Shown here: positions 9,976-18,543 of the stretch, piece after piece | Position numbering within the stretch: the first letter of the stretch is position 1 | Layout: the number at the start of each line of letters is the position of its first letter | Source of the DNA: Alphaproteobacteria bacterium | Lineage (GTDB): Bacteria > Pseudomonadota > Alphaproteobacteria > JASGCL01 | Length of the DNA stretch: 64,000 bases | NCBI GenBank assembly: GCA_965262605.1 | Contig: CBDHFN010000002.1 | Location: 153,107 to 217,106 of the forward strand | Reading direction: 5' to 3' | Made by a program: the position numbers and the translations under genes | The notes under the pieces: generated by a model | Database searches by the model: none | What the model was told of the DNA's origin: nothing | Seen by the model: only the letters and a program-made list of their open reading frames with translations

Positions 9976-10445
9976 TGCCAATCCACTAATGCCTGTCTGT
10001 CCGATAAATTCACCCGCCGCATTGCCCCAGTCGGACAAGCAGACACGCATGCCGCACCGCCAAGTCTGCCAACGCATAAATCGCATTTAACCGCTTTTTT
10101 AATTGGGGTTTCGGTCTTTTGATTAAGCAATAATTCGCCATTATTATTAAAAATATCCACTATGCGCACGGAATGGAACGGGCATGCTTGTTCGCAATTA
10201 CCGCAACCAATGCAATCATTTTCCGAAATTGAAGTTTGATATGAAGTTGCAATTGGGCGTTGAATCGCGCTTGTCGGGCAACTTGTCAAGCATTGCGGAT
10301 CCAAACAATGCAAACAAGCATTCGCAAAAATTAACTTATTATATTGCGTTCCCGATCTTGCAAATCGGGGATTACCATCATGCGCATTGGCGCAAGCACT
10401 CACGCAATCATCGCACCCCGTGCATAATTGGGAATTAATAACCAT
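9972..10445 (-). CDS. Ferredoxin with four [4Fe-4S] clusters (NapG/NrfC/DmsB-type), no signal peptide
   Basis: 157 aa with four complete cluster motifs: CTGCDDCVSAC, CLHCLDPQCLTSCP, CIGCGNCEQACP and CDLCVGRLGGAACVSACP. Confidence 0.85.
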   Translation of the reverse strand: MVINSQLCTGCDDCVSACANAHDGNPRFARSGTQYNKLIFANACLHCLDPQCLTSCPTSAIQRPIATSYQTSISENDCIGCGNCEQACPFHSVRIVDIFNNNGELLLNQKTETPIKKAVKCDLCVGRLGGAACVSACPTGAMRRVNLSDRQALVDWQ

Positions 10446-10470
10446 GACTTCAGTGCCCGCGACAATATTT

Positions 10471-11598
10471 TCAGATATGAAAAAAAAAATTAACCCCTGG
10501 GTCGTAATTATTTTCAGATTTTTGGGCGATTTCTTTTCGGCGATAATTACTGATAATTTCTTTTTTTGCTAATTCCAGCGCGCTTAACGGAATAAATATC
10601 GCATCCAGCGCACCGATAGAGCTTACAGACACATTAAAAATTGGTGGTTCCTCCGATGAAGATTCCCAATATTCAATCAAGTCTTTAATCCCAAAAATAT
10701 CATCTTTAATGAGGTAATTTATAGTTTCCGTGCCAATTTCGCGGGGAATAAAAATTCGCCCATTGCCCGAAATTACTATCATTATACCATCTAATTTATC
10801 GCCTTTATCAAACAAGACTATTTCATCTTTTGTATCTTGCTTGGTAATATCGTCCTGCATACCATGGCGTTGAAATTGCGCTTGTTTTGTGATGGAAGCC
10901 AATAAATGTTCAGGGACATTTTCAAATAATTCAAAATTTTTCAAAGTATTATTCAAGACATTTACTTTATATGATTCAACGATTTGCTGATTAATAACTT
11001 GGTCGCGCAATAAAATTTGCCTTAACCCCTGCCAGCGCATTTCAATGACTTCGGCATCATCAGTCGCCACCACCGAAGCCGAACGAACAGAACGAGTCAT
11101 TGCCGCAATTTCGCCCAGCATTTGCCCAACTTTACAAGGAATTTTAATAATTGCATCATCAATCATGATTAAATCAAAACTGCTCATTTTGGCATTAACT
11201 TCATTATTAAAATGATGAAAAATATGCTTTGTGTCTGCTTCGCTACGCATTTCTTGGGCATAGTTTTTCACCATGAAAGCATTTGATATTTGATGAATAA
11301 TTTTAACGCTTGCGGTTTCTTCTTCGCCAACCAAGAAATTATCATCAGATCCTTCCAATAAAATTGTGAAATTTCCAGATTTTATAAAATAAATACTGGT
11401 CGCTAAATGCCCTTTTGACATTAAAATTTCACCGCGCTTAAATTTGCGAACGCGGCAATTTTGTTGCACAATATTTTGCAAAGTATAAGGTTCAGGGAAA
11501 TTACGCGGGTTTGCTTGGCTTAAAATTGTTTTTTCAAACAAGAAATTTTGCGCAAATTCGCTTAGCCCCCATTTATTATCAACAAATTTATCTGCCAT
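10471..11598 (-). CDS. Tandem cyclic-nucleotide-binding (CNB) domain protein with no recognisable output domain
   Basis: 375 aa with two Crp-like CNB signatures (FKRGEILMSKGHLATSIYFIKSGNFTIL and VLFDKGDKLDGIMIVISGNGRIF). I see no HTH. Confidence 0.65.
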   Translation of the reverse strand: MADKFVDNKWGLSEFAQNFLFEKTILSQANPRNFPEPYTLQNIVQQNCRVRKFKRGEILMSKGHLATSIYFIKSGNFTILLEGSDDNFLVGEEETASVKIIHQISNAFMVKNYAQEMRSEADTKHIFHHFNNEVNAKMSSFDLIMIDDAIIKIPCKVGQMLGEIAAMTRSVRSASVVATDDAEVIEMRWQGLRQILLRDQVINQQIVESYKVNVLNNTLKNFELFENVPEHLLASITKQAQFQRHGMQDDITKQDTKDEIVLFDKGDKLDGIMIVISGNGRIFIPREIGTETINYLIKDDIFGIKDLIEYWESSSEEPPIFNVSVSSIGALDAIFIPLSALELAKKEIISNYRRKEIAQKSENNYDPGVNFFFHI

Positions 11599-11600
11599 AA

Positions 11601-12860
11601 TTAATAATCCAATTCAATATCTGATGCTACTTGCGAAATACAGGCAAGCGTAAACCCATCTGGAACTGCGAAACTAGGTTGCACAATATTTTTTACTGCA
11701 CCTTTAACCTTGATTAAGCAAGCCCCGCAATTGCCAGTTTTACATCCGCTGTCCATAAATATATCATGTTCTTTGGCAATTTCAAGTATTGTTTTATCAT
11801 TCGGCGCGGGAATTTTAATATTACTGCGCAAAAAATTAATATTATGGATATTTTGGGCAACTTCTTCATGCGTCTCATTATCTAAAATTCGTTGAATTTT
11901 ATGCATTGAACGGGCATTGAAGGCTTCATAAATGAAATTTTCGGGGGGCAATCCCATTTTAATTAAATCGGGTAAAATCCCTTGAATCAAGGCATCTGAA
12001 CCGCAAAAATACACAATATAATCTGCGGGATTGCCTTGAAAATCAAAAATCTTGCTGGCTTTGGGGTGATTTGATTGATATTGTTCCGCCGCCTCATTCA
12101 TCATTTGGCGGGTAAATATCGGTATATAAGAAAAGTTTTTTTCCAACGAAAGCCCCGTTAGTTCACTGCCAAATGGTAAATTTAAAGCATCTTTTGCAAT
12201 ATGAATAATTTTAATATTTTGCATAATTGCTTCGTCAATTTCTTGCGCCATCGCATAAAATGGCGTTATACCAATACCACCCGCAAGAAAATACACTTTT
12301 TTTGTTGCATGTTCTGGGTTAAAGATAAAATTACCTTGCGGGGGGACAACGGCAATCGTATTACCAATTTTAATTTGTTTATGAATTTGCCTTGAAACGC
12401 TAAATTCATTGGTTGAATTTAAGTCTAATTTCACCGCAATTTCGTAATATTCATTTTGATTAGAATTATTAATTAAGCTATAACATCTCAGGTGCTTTTT
12501 TATTTTAGCATCGTAAAATTTACAAGTAATAAATTGACCAGCTTTAAATCTTGCTAATTTCGCCTTATTTACAGGATTAAGCCTTAATAAGACTATGTCT
12601 TTGGCGATTTCTTTTTTAATTTCAACTATATATCTTTGCGCTAAATTTTCCTTGTCAGTATGGTTAATTGCCTTGTCAATTTTGAATTTTAACCGAAATT
12701 TTTGATACGCCATAATTTCATACAAATATGATTTAAGTATTTTAGAATAAAACCGCCAGCTTAATTTAACGCAATAATAAAGCGCAACGACCATGATAAA
12801 ATACCAAATTGGATGCTGAAACATCAAATCAAAAATTTTTTGCCACGGCTGAAATTTCAT
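11601..12860 (-). CDS. Membrane-anchored FNR-family flavin reductase (FAD/NAD(P)H) with a C-terminal plant-type [2Fe-2S] ferredoxin domain
   Basis: 419 aa. It has an N-terminal TM helix, the RxYS FAD motif (RCYSLINNS), the NAD(P) motif VYFLAGGIGITPFYAM, and a C-terminal CKTGNCGAC...LAC (CX4CX2C...C). Its start forms an ATGA overlap with the stop of the methyltransferase. Confidence 0.8.
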   Translation of the reverse strand: MKFQPWQKIFDLMFQHPIWYFIMVVALYYCVKLSWRFYSKILKSYLYEIMAYQKFRLKFKIDKAINHTDKENLAQRYIVEIKKEIAKDIVLLRLNPVNKAKLARFKAGQFITCKFYDAKIKKHLRCYSLINNSNQNEYYEIAVKLDLNSTNEFSVSRQIHKQIKIGNTIAVVPPQGNFIFNPEHATKKVYFLAGGIGITPFYAMAQEIDEAIMQNIKIIHIAKDALNLPFGSELTGLSLEKNFSYIPIFTRQMMNEAAEQYQSNHPKASKIFDFQGNPADYIVYFCGSDALIQGILPDLIKMGLPPENFIYEAFNARSMHKIQRILDNETHEEVAQNIHNINFLRSNIKIPAPNDKTILEIAKEHDIFMDSGCKTGNCGACLIKVKGAVKNIVQPSFAVPDGFTLACISQVASDIELDY

Positions 12861-14419
12861 ATCATCGCACCAATTTTCAAATAATGGTTATATTTTGCGC
12901 TTACTAAATTTTTAAAATTTTGCATAATTTCATCGTCGCTTTTTGCTTCGGCATTCACTGTGATTCTGCCTGCTTTCATTAATCCCATCAAATGATCGGC
13001 AATATCACCGATAGTATGTTCGCCATTCATCAATGGAATAATAATTTTATCAGTATCATCAACCTTAGAATTATTGTGAAAAATTGTGCAAATATTGCCA
13101 TTTATTTGGCTTGAAACCGCGCCCCGCGCCCAACCATTTATCTTGGGTTTTTCATCAACTTGCACCGAGATTGGAAATTTCACGGGTGTCATCGTTAAAA
13201 ATCCGCGGGCAAATAATTGTAATATATTTGATTTAAAGAATGTTAAAATTTTATCTTGGGCTAATTCATTATTTTTATTATGAATAAATTGCACCCATTC
13301 ATTAAGCATCATGGGCAATCGGTGTCCCGCCATAATTTCTAAAACTTTATTCGGTAATTCATTTTCATTGCCGATTGAAACTTCGTTTGCACGCAATTTC
13401 CAATTGCCATTTTCAGTTCTGGACACATCAAAATGCAAATAAAAATTCATGGATTCAAGCAATTCAACATTCCAAACTTTACTTAATTTACGCTCTTTTC
13501 GGCAAACGACTGACGAACGAAATTGCCGATTCAAGACAAAATCAGCCATTTGCTCGGCATCTATGCGTTTTCTTGATTCTTCAAATATTTTTTTGACATT
13601 GGGTGCCATATTATCAAGGATATGGGCAATGGCATTGCTTTCCGCGACAAATGCCAAGCCATTATTTTCGCACATGCTATTAAATTCATGAAAATATAGT
13701 GGCTCATTAATGCCTTCCAATAATTCGTGCGACAAATAATAATCAGGGGCATTCATCCAAGTATCATAACGGTTACGCAGTTCTTTCACTAAAATATTTT
13801 CATTTTCGCCCGCTAATTGAGAGATTTCTTCAAAAAATTTTTTAGATTTTTCCAGTTGTAATTTTTTATCTTTGCTATATTTTCTGCCTTCATACATCAT
13901 AATATCGCGAATTGTTAATAAAAAATTCCAGCCCGGACGCGTATTATAACTTAAAATCGCTAAACCATCGTCGGTTAAACTATGTTGCAGGTTTAATAAA
14001 ATTGCTTTTTGCACATGATCCGGCACCCATGAAAAAACACCATGGCAAATTATATAATCAAATTTTCCCATTAAAGTTGCATAATCAGCAATTGAACCAC
14101 TTATGAAATGTATATTTTCCACGCCACCATTGGTTGCTATCCTGCGTGCTTCGGCAATTTGTTTATCGGAAATATCTATGCCAAAAAATTGCCCTTGGGG
14201 GAATTTAATTGCCATGGGAAAAAGATTATTACCAATCGCGCAACCAATCTCCAAAACCCGCATTTTATCCATCGGCGTTGGGTTTAAACCAAATAATTTG
14301 CCGATTAAATATAAATTATCGGGGTGCGTGTTCGCATGCGTGCCACCCGGATATAATATATCATTATAACTATCTCTTGCATCGGCTTCGGAATAATCGG
14401 TCATATTTTCCCCAATCAA
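12857..14419 (-). CDS. Class I SAM-dependent methyltransferase with a C-terminal regulatory-type extension
   Basis: 520 aa. The N-terminal Rossmann SAM motif is VLEIGCAIGNNLFPMA...DYIICHGVFSWV. The roughly 300 aa C-terminal extension resembles methyltransferase regulatory domains. Confidence 0.7.
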   Translation of the reverse strand: MIGENMTDYSEADARDSYNDILYPGGTHANTHPDNLYLIGKLFGLNPTPMDKMRVLEIGCAIGNNLFPMAIKFPQGQFFGIDISDKQIAEARRIATNGGVENIHFISGSIADYATLMGKFDYIICHGVFSWVPDHVQKAILLNLQHSLTDDGLAILSYNTRPGWNFLLTIRDIMMYEGRKYSKDKKLQLEKSKKFFEEISQLAGENENILVKELRNRYDTWMNAPDYYLSHELLEGINEPLYFHEFNSMCENNGLAFVAESNAIAHILDNMAPNVKKIFEESRKRIDAEQMADFVLNRQFRSSVVCRKERKLSKVWNVELLESMNFYLHFDVSRTENGNWKLRANEVSIGNENELPNKVLEIMAGHRLPMMLNEWVQFIHNKNNELAQDKILTFFKSNILQLFARGFLTMTPVKFPISVQVDEKPKINGWARGAVSSQINGNICTIFHNNSKVDDTDKIIIPLMNGEHTIGDIADHLMGLMKAGRITVNAEAKSDDEIMQNFKNLVSAKYNHYLKIGAMI

Positions 14420-14536
14420 TAACTATTTTAATTATATCTGCTATATTTTATTATAAAAAGCAAGGATAAAATAAATTTTTCTTGATTTATATAATAAATT
14501 ACAATATGGCTTTTCATTGCCAAAGAAGAGGGAACA

Positions 14537-14989
14537 ATGAACAAACCAGCGCATAAAAATATTGAAAAATTCCAAGAAGCATTAATTGTGCCATCAGATT
14601 ATAATCCGATTGAAGATAAAAATGAATATATGAATCCGATAATGTTAGAATATTTTCGGTTAAAATTAATTAATTGGAAGAAAGATTTAATGAGCGGTTC
14701 ACTGGAAGTCATTGAAGGTTTGCAAAATGATTCCGAAGGACAACCCGATGTTTTAGACCGCGCAACCAGCGATTCTTTACGAAATTTATCCTTACGCACT
14801 AAGGACAGGGAACGCAAATTAATTATTAAAATTGACGAAGCCCTTGACCGCATAGTCGCAGGCACATTCGGATATTGCGAAGAAACCGATGAACCCATCG
14901 GCGTGCGCCGTTTAGATGCCCGCCCAACCGCAACCTTGTGCATTAAAGCCCAAGAACGCCACGAATGGCTGGAAAAGAATCAAGAATGA
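14537..14989 (+). CDS. dksA: DksA-family RNA polymerase-binding transcription factor (2-Cys variant)
   Basis: 150 aa with DksA coiled-coil and C-terminal sequence (FGYCEETDEPIGVRRLDARPTATLCIKAQ). Only two of the four canonical zinc-finger cysteines are present. An RBS (AGAGGG) lies upstream. Confidence 0.8.
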   Translation: MNKPAHKNIEKFQEALIVPSDYNPIEDKNEYMNPIMLEYFRLKLINWKKDLMSGSLEVIEGLQNDSEGQPDVLDRATSDSLRNLSLRTKDRERKLIIKIDEALDRIVAGTFGYCEETDEPIGVRRLDARPTATLCIKAQERHEWLEKNQE

Positions 14990-15534
14990 AACCCTTCATC
15001 AGCGATTTTCAGGGTAAATACCCGCAAATTCACCCCAATGCACGAATCGCCGCCAATGCCGTCATTATTGGCGATGTAGAAATCGGCGCAGATTCGTCCA
15101 TTTGGTATGGTTGCGTGATTCGCGGCGATGTTAACCGCATTGAAATTGGGCAAAAAGTCAATATTCAAGATGGTTCAGTCGTCCACGGGCAAAGTTTTGG
15201 CGCAAAAACTATCATCGGCGATTTTGTTTCAATCGGGCATTTGGCGTTAATTCATGCGTGTATTTTGCAAGATTATAGCTTTGTCGGCATGAAGGCTTGC
15301 GTGATGAATAATGCCCTTATTGAATCAAAATGCCTTATTGCCGCAGGTTCTTTGGTTGGCAATAATAAAACTTGCGGGGCGAATCGGGTATTTATTGGCA
15401 ATCCCGCCCGCGAATTACGCCCTTGTTCTGAATCGGATTATAAATTAATGGAATTTACTTTCACAAATTATGTTGAATTAGCCGCCAAACAATTACCAAG
15501 CGCGGCTGATTGGGGCATATCATGCGTGAATTAG
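14986..15534 (+). CDS. Gamma-class carbonic anhydrase-like / hexapeptide-repeat protein (YrdA/PaaY family)
   Basis: The ORF is 14965-15534, and the likely start MKPFISD is at 14986 (ATGA overlap with dksA). Left-handed beta-helix hexapeptide repeats are present (AVIIGDVEIGADSSIWYGCVIRGDVNRIEIG). Confidence 0.8.
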   Translation: MKPFISDFQGKYPQIHPNARIAANAVIIGDVEIGADSSIWYGCVIRGDVNRIEIGQKVNIQDGSVVHGQSFGAKTIIGDFVSIGHLALIHACILQDYSFVGMKACVMNNALIESKCLIAAGSLVGNNKTCGANRVFIGNPARELRPCSESDYKLMEFTFTNYVELAAKQLPSAADWGISCVN

Positions 15535-16088
15535 TCATTGCCAGCCATAATAAAGACAAAATATACGAATTTTCTGTGATTTTTCCACAATTTAAGATTC
15601 GCGGTGCCTATGAATTTAATTTATCCGAACCCGAAGAAAATGGGCAAGATTTTAAAGAAAATGCCTTGATTAAAGCTCAATATTTCTTTAATCAAACGGG
15701 CATTGCTTGTTTAGCCGATGATTCGGGCTTGTCCGTATGCGGTTTAAACAACATGCCCGGTGTTTTTTCGGCAAGATGGGCGATAAACAAAGATTTTAAG
15801 CCAGCCATGAATAAAATTCAAGCATTATTGGGCGATAACCCCAACCGCCAAGCCTTTTTTTCATGCGCATTATGCTATTATGATGCGGCACAACAAATTA
15901 CTACCCAAGGCGAAACTCATGGGCAATTAGTCTTTCCCGCCCGTGGCACAATGGGGTTTGGTTATGATGCAATTTTTGTTGCCGATGGCGCGGATTTAAC
16001 TTTTGGTGAAATGACTATTGCGCAAAAAAATAAATACTCCCATCGCATCAAAGCCATAAATCAATTAATAAAGCTTTTGGCATTATAA
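15522..16088 (+). CDS. rdgB: Non-canonical purine NTP pyrophosphatase (RdgB/Ham1)
   Basis: Ham1 family sequence (MRELVIASHNKDK...FGYDAIF...YSHR). The start at 15522 overlaps the upstream gene. Confidence 0.85.
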   Translation: MRELVIASHNKDKIYEFSVIFPQFKIRGAYEFNLSEPEENGQDFKENALIKAQYFFNQTGIACLADDSGLSVCGLNNMPGVFSARWAINKDFKPAMNKIQALLGDNPNRQAFFSCALCYYDAAQQITTQGETHGQLVFPARGTMGFGYDAIFVADGADLTFGEMTIAQKNKYSHRIKAINQLIKLLAL

Positions 16089-16128
16089 TAAACTTGATTA
16101 AATCAATGGTTTAAATTACAATAACTTT

Positions 16129-16698
16129 ATGAAAAAATTATCCATCACAGTTTATTGTAGCGCGCGCGACACAATCGCGGACCATTATATTAATTTAGCG
16201 TATGATTTAGGTGTCGCCATGGCAATGCAAAATTTCACGCTGGTTTATGGCGGTGGTGGCAATGGCATGATGGGGGCGGTGGCGCGTGGTTGCTTTAATA
16301 ATGGCGGTGAAGTTATCGGCGTAATCCCGCAATTTTTATTGGAATATGAAGGCAATGATGATTCAATCAATACAAGATGTATTATTACCGAAACTATGTC
16401 GGAACGCAAGCGGATTTTAGGCTTGCACGCCGATGGTTTTATTGTGATGGCGGGCGGAGTCGGCACATTAGAGGAATTTATGGAAGTCTTAACTTGGAAA
16501 ACACTAAAACGGCATAATTTACCCATTGTTTTGCTTGACCCGAATGGATATTGGCAAAATTTTCATGAATTAATCGCAAAAATGATTGAATTAGATTTTT
16601 GTTCCAATATGGTTTTAAATCAATTTGTTGTGTGCAAAACAATCGCCGAATCGCTTGAATATATTGAAATTCAGCAAAAATCACAATATTTTATTTAA
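16129..16698 (+). CDS. LOG-family cytokinin riboside 5'-monophosphate phosphoribohydrolase-like protein
   Basis: 189 aa with LOG motifs (VYCSA..., LVYGGGGNGMMGAVARG, GGVGTLEEFMEVLTW). Confidence 0.8.
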   Translation: MKKLSITVYCSARDTIADHYINLAYDLGVAMAMQNFTLVYGGGGNGMMGAVARGCFNNGGEVIGVIPQFLLEYEGNDDSINTRCIITETMSERKRILGLHADGFIVMAGGVGTLEEFMEVLTWKTLKRHNLPIVLLDPNGYWQNFHELIAKMIELDFCSNMVLNQFVVCKTIAESLEYIEIQQKSQYFI

Positions 16699-16773
16699 AT
16701 TTAATTGACTCAAAATTTTATAAAAATGAAAATGAATCTTGCATTATGAATTTTATATGATATATTTTTATAT

Positions 16774-17709
16774 ATGTTAAAGTATTTATTAAACAGGGTG
16801 GGAACTTTAATCATCACAATGGCAACGCTTAGCGTTATTTTATTTGCCATGATGGAATTAAATTTACCAAAATTAGCCCGCGAAATGACCACGCTTCGCG
16901 CATCTGATTCGGATGTTGAAATTTGGTTGCAAGACGAAGGCTTCCGCCGTCCGATAATTGTTCGTTATACCGAATGGGTTTCAGGATTCGTGATTGGCGA
17001 AATGGGAAAATCATATAAAAAAGACCGCAAAGTATCAAAAATCATGGGCGAGAAATTAGTGAACACCGCTTATTTAATGGGTTTAACCATGCTTATCATG
17101 GTTTCTTTTGGATTGGTTTTAGGAATTATTGCAGGCATGAAGGAGGGCTCGTGGTTTGACAAATTTATCTCCATTTTTTCCATCACCACAACTTCAGTGC
17201 CTGATTATGTCAGTGGTGTTGTGTTTATGATAGTTTTTGGCGTGGTTTTGCAATGGTTGCCGCCGATTTCTAAAACTTTATATGGCAATATTGGCATTGA
17301 ACATATGATTTTGCCAGCTTTAAGCCTTTCGTTATATGGCTTGGGCTATATTGCCCGCATGACACGCGCATCAATGGTTGAGGTAATGACCGCGCAATAT
17401 ATCCGCACCGCTATTCTAAAAGGCATGCCTTATAAACGGGTGATTTTGAAACATGCGCTTCGCAATGCGTTAATTGCGCCATTCACGGTGATAGTATTAC
17501 AAATTCCGTGGTTGCTTACCGGGGTTGTGGCGATTGAATTGTTATTTAGCTATGAAGGCTTTGGCAAATTGCTTTTAGATGCCGCAACAACGAACGATAT
17601 TCCATTAGTTATGGCTTGCGCGATGGTCACGGTTTTTGTGGTGGTTAGCACACAAATATTATCGGATGTCGGCTATATGTATTTAAATCCAAGGATTCGT
17701 AAATCATGA
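16774..17709 (+). CDS. ABC transporter permease (OppB/DppB/YejB-like)
   Basis: 311 aa with 6 TM helices. It has the binding-protein-dependent permease signature and the conserved EAA-like loop IRTAILKGMPYKRVILKHALRNA. Confidence 0.85.
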   Translation: MLKYLLNRVGTLIITMATLSVILFAMMELNLPKLAREMTTLRASDSDVEIWLQDEGFRRPIIVRYTEWVSGFVIGEMGKSYKKDRKVSKIMGEKLVNTAYLMGLTMLIMVSFGLVLGIIAGMKEGSWFDKFISIFSITTTSVPDYVSGVVFMIVFGVVLQWLPPISKTLYGNIGIEHMILPALSLSLYGLGYIARMTRASMVEVMTAQYIRTAILKGMPYKRVILKHALRNALIAPFTVIVLQIPWLLTGVVAIELLFSYEGFGKLLLDAATTNDIPLVMACAMVTVFVVVSTQILSDVGYMYLNPRIRKS

Positions 17710-18539
17710 GAGCATTAGCAAATTTTTGGATTCATAGCTCTAACACCACGCGATTTGGCGTAATTTTATCAGTATTTTGGGTTTTGGTTGCAATGATTTC
17801 AATATACTGGACTCCATATGATTATAATCATAATTATGAACTTAATTTAAAACCATTAAGCGTATTGCATGGCGATTTATTTTTATTGGGCACGGATAAT
17901 TTGGGGCGCGATATTGTTTCAAGGCTGATGATTGGCGCAAGAAATGTTATTTTTTATGCGACTTCGGCAACATTTGTTGCTTATATTATTGGCGTTTGCA
18001 TGGGGTTAATTGCGGGTTATTACCGCGGCTTAGTTGACAGCTTAATGTCATATGGCGCGAATTTAATTTTATCATTTCCCGTGGTGGTTTTATATATTAT
18101 CATTGCGTCTACTTTTACGCAAAGCGGCTATTCCATTTTTTTTGCCGTTGTATTTGCGTCAAGCCCGGGAATTTACCGCATTGTGCGCGGCTTAACCATG
18201 GATATTTGCACAAGGGATTATATTTACGCTTCACAAACCCGTGGTGAAAATATCTTTTATTTGCTTTTTGTTGATATATTGCCCAATGTGCGCGGACCAT
18301 TAATCGTGGATTTTTGCTTGCGCATTGGTTATACCACGATTCAATTAGGCTTTTTGGCGTTTATCGGTTTAGGATTATCAAAACAAGAACCCGATTGGGG
18401 GCAAATGATTCGCGATTATTTATCCGAAGTCATCGGTAATTATTACATGATTTTAGGACCATCAATTTCCCTTGTCACCCTTGTTTTAGGCATAAATTTA
18501 TTAGCCGATGGCATTCGTGAATATAGCGTGAAGGATTAA
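17706..18539 (+). CDS. ABC transporter permease (OppC/DppC/YejE-like)
   Basis: 277 aa with the LGTDNLGRDIVSRLMIGARN motif typical of OppC/DppC. It overlaps the upstream permease in an ATGA junction. Confidence 0.85.
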   Translation: MRALANFWIHSSNTTRFGVILSVFWVLVAMISIYWTPYDYNHNYELNLKPLSVLHGDLFLLGTDNLGRDIVSRLMIGARNVIFYATSATFVAYIIGVCMGLIAGYYRGLVDSLMSYGANLILSFPVVVLYIIIASTFTQSGYSIFFAVVFASSPGIYRIVRGLTMDICTRDYIYASQTRGENIFYLLFVDILPNVRGPLIVDFCLRIGYTTIQLGFLAFIGLGLSKQEPDWGQMIRDYLSEVIGNYYMILGPSISLVTLVLGINLLADGIREYSVKD

Positions 18540-18543
18540 GCGC

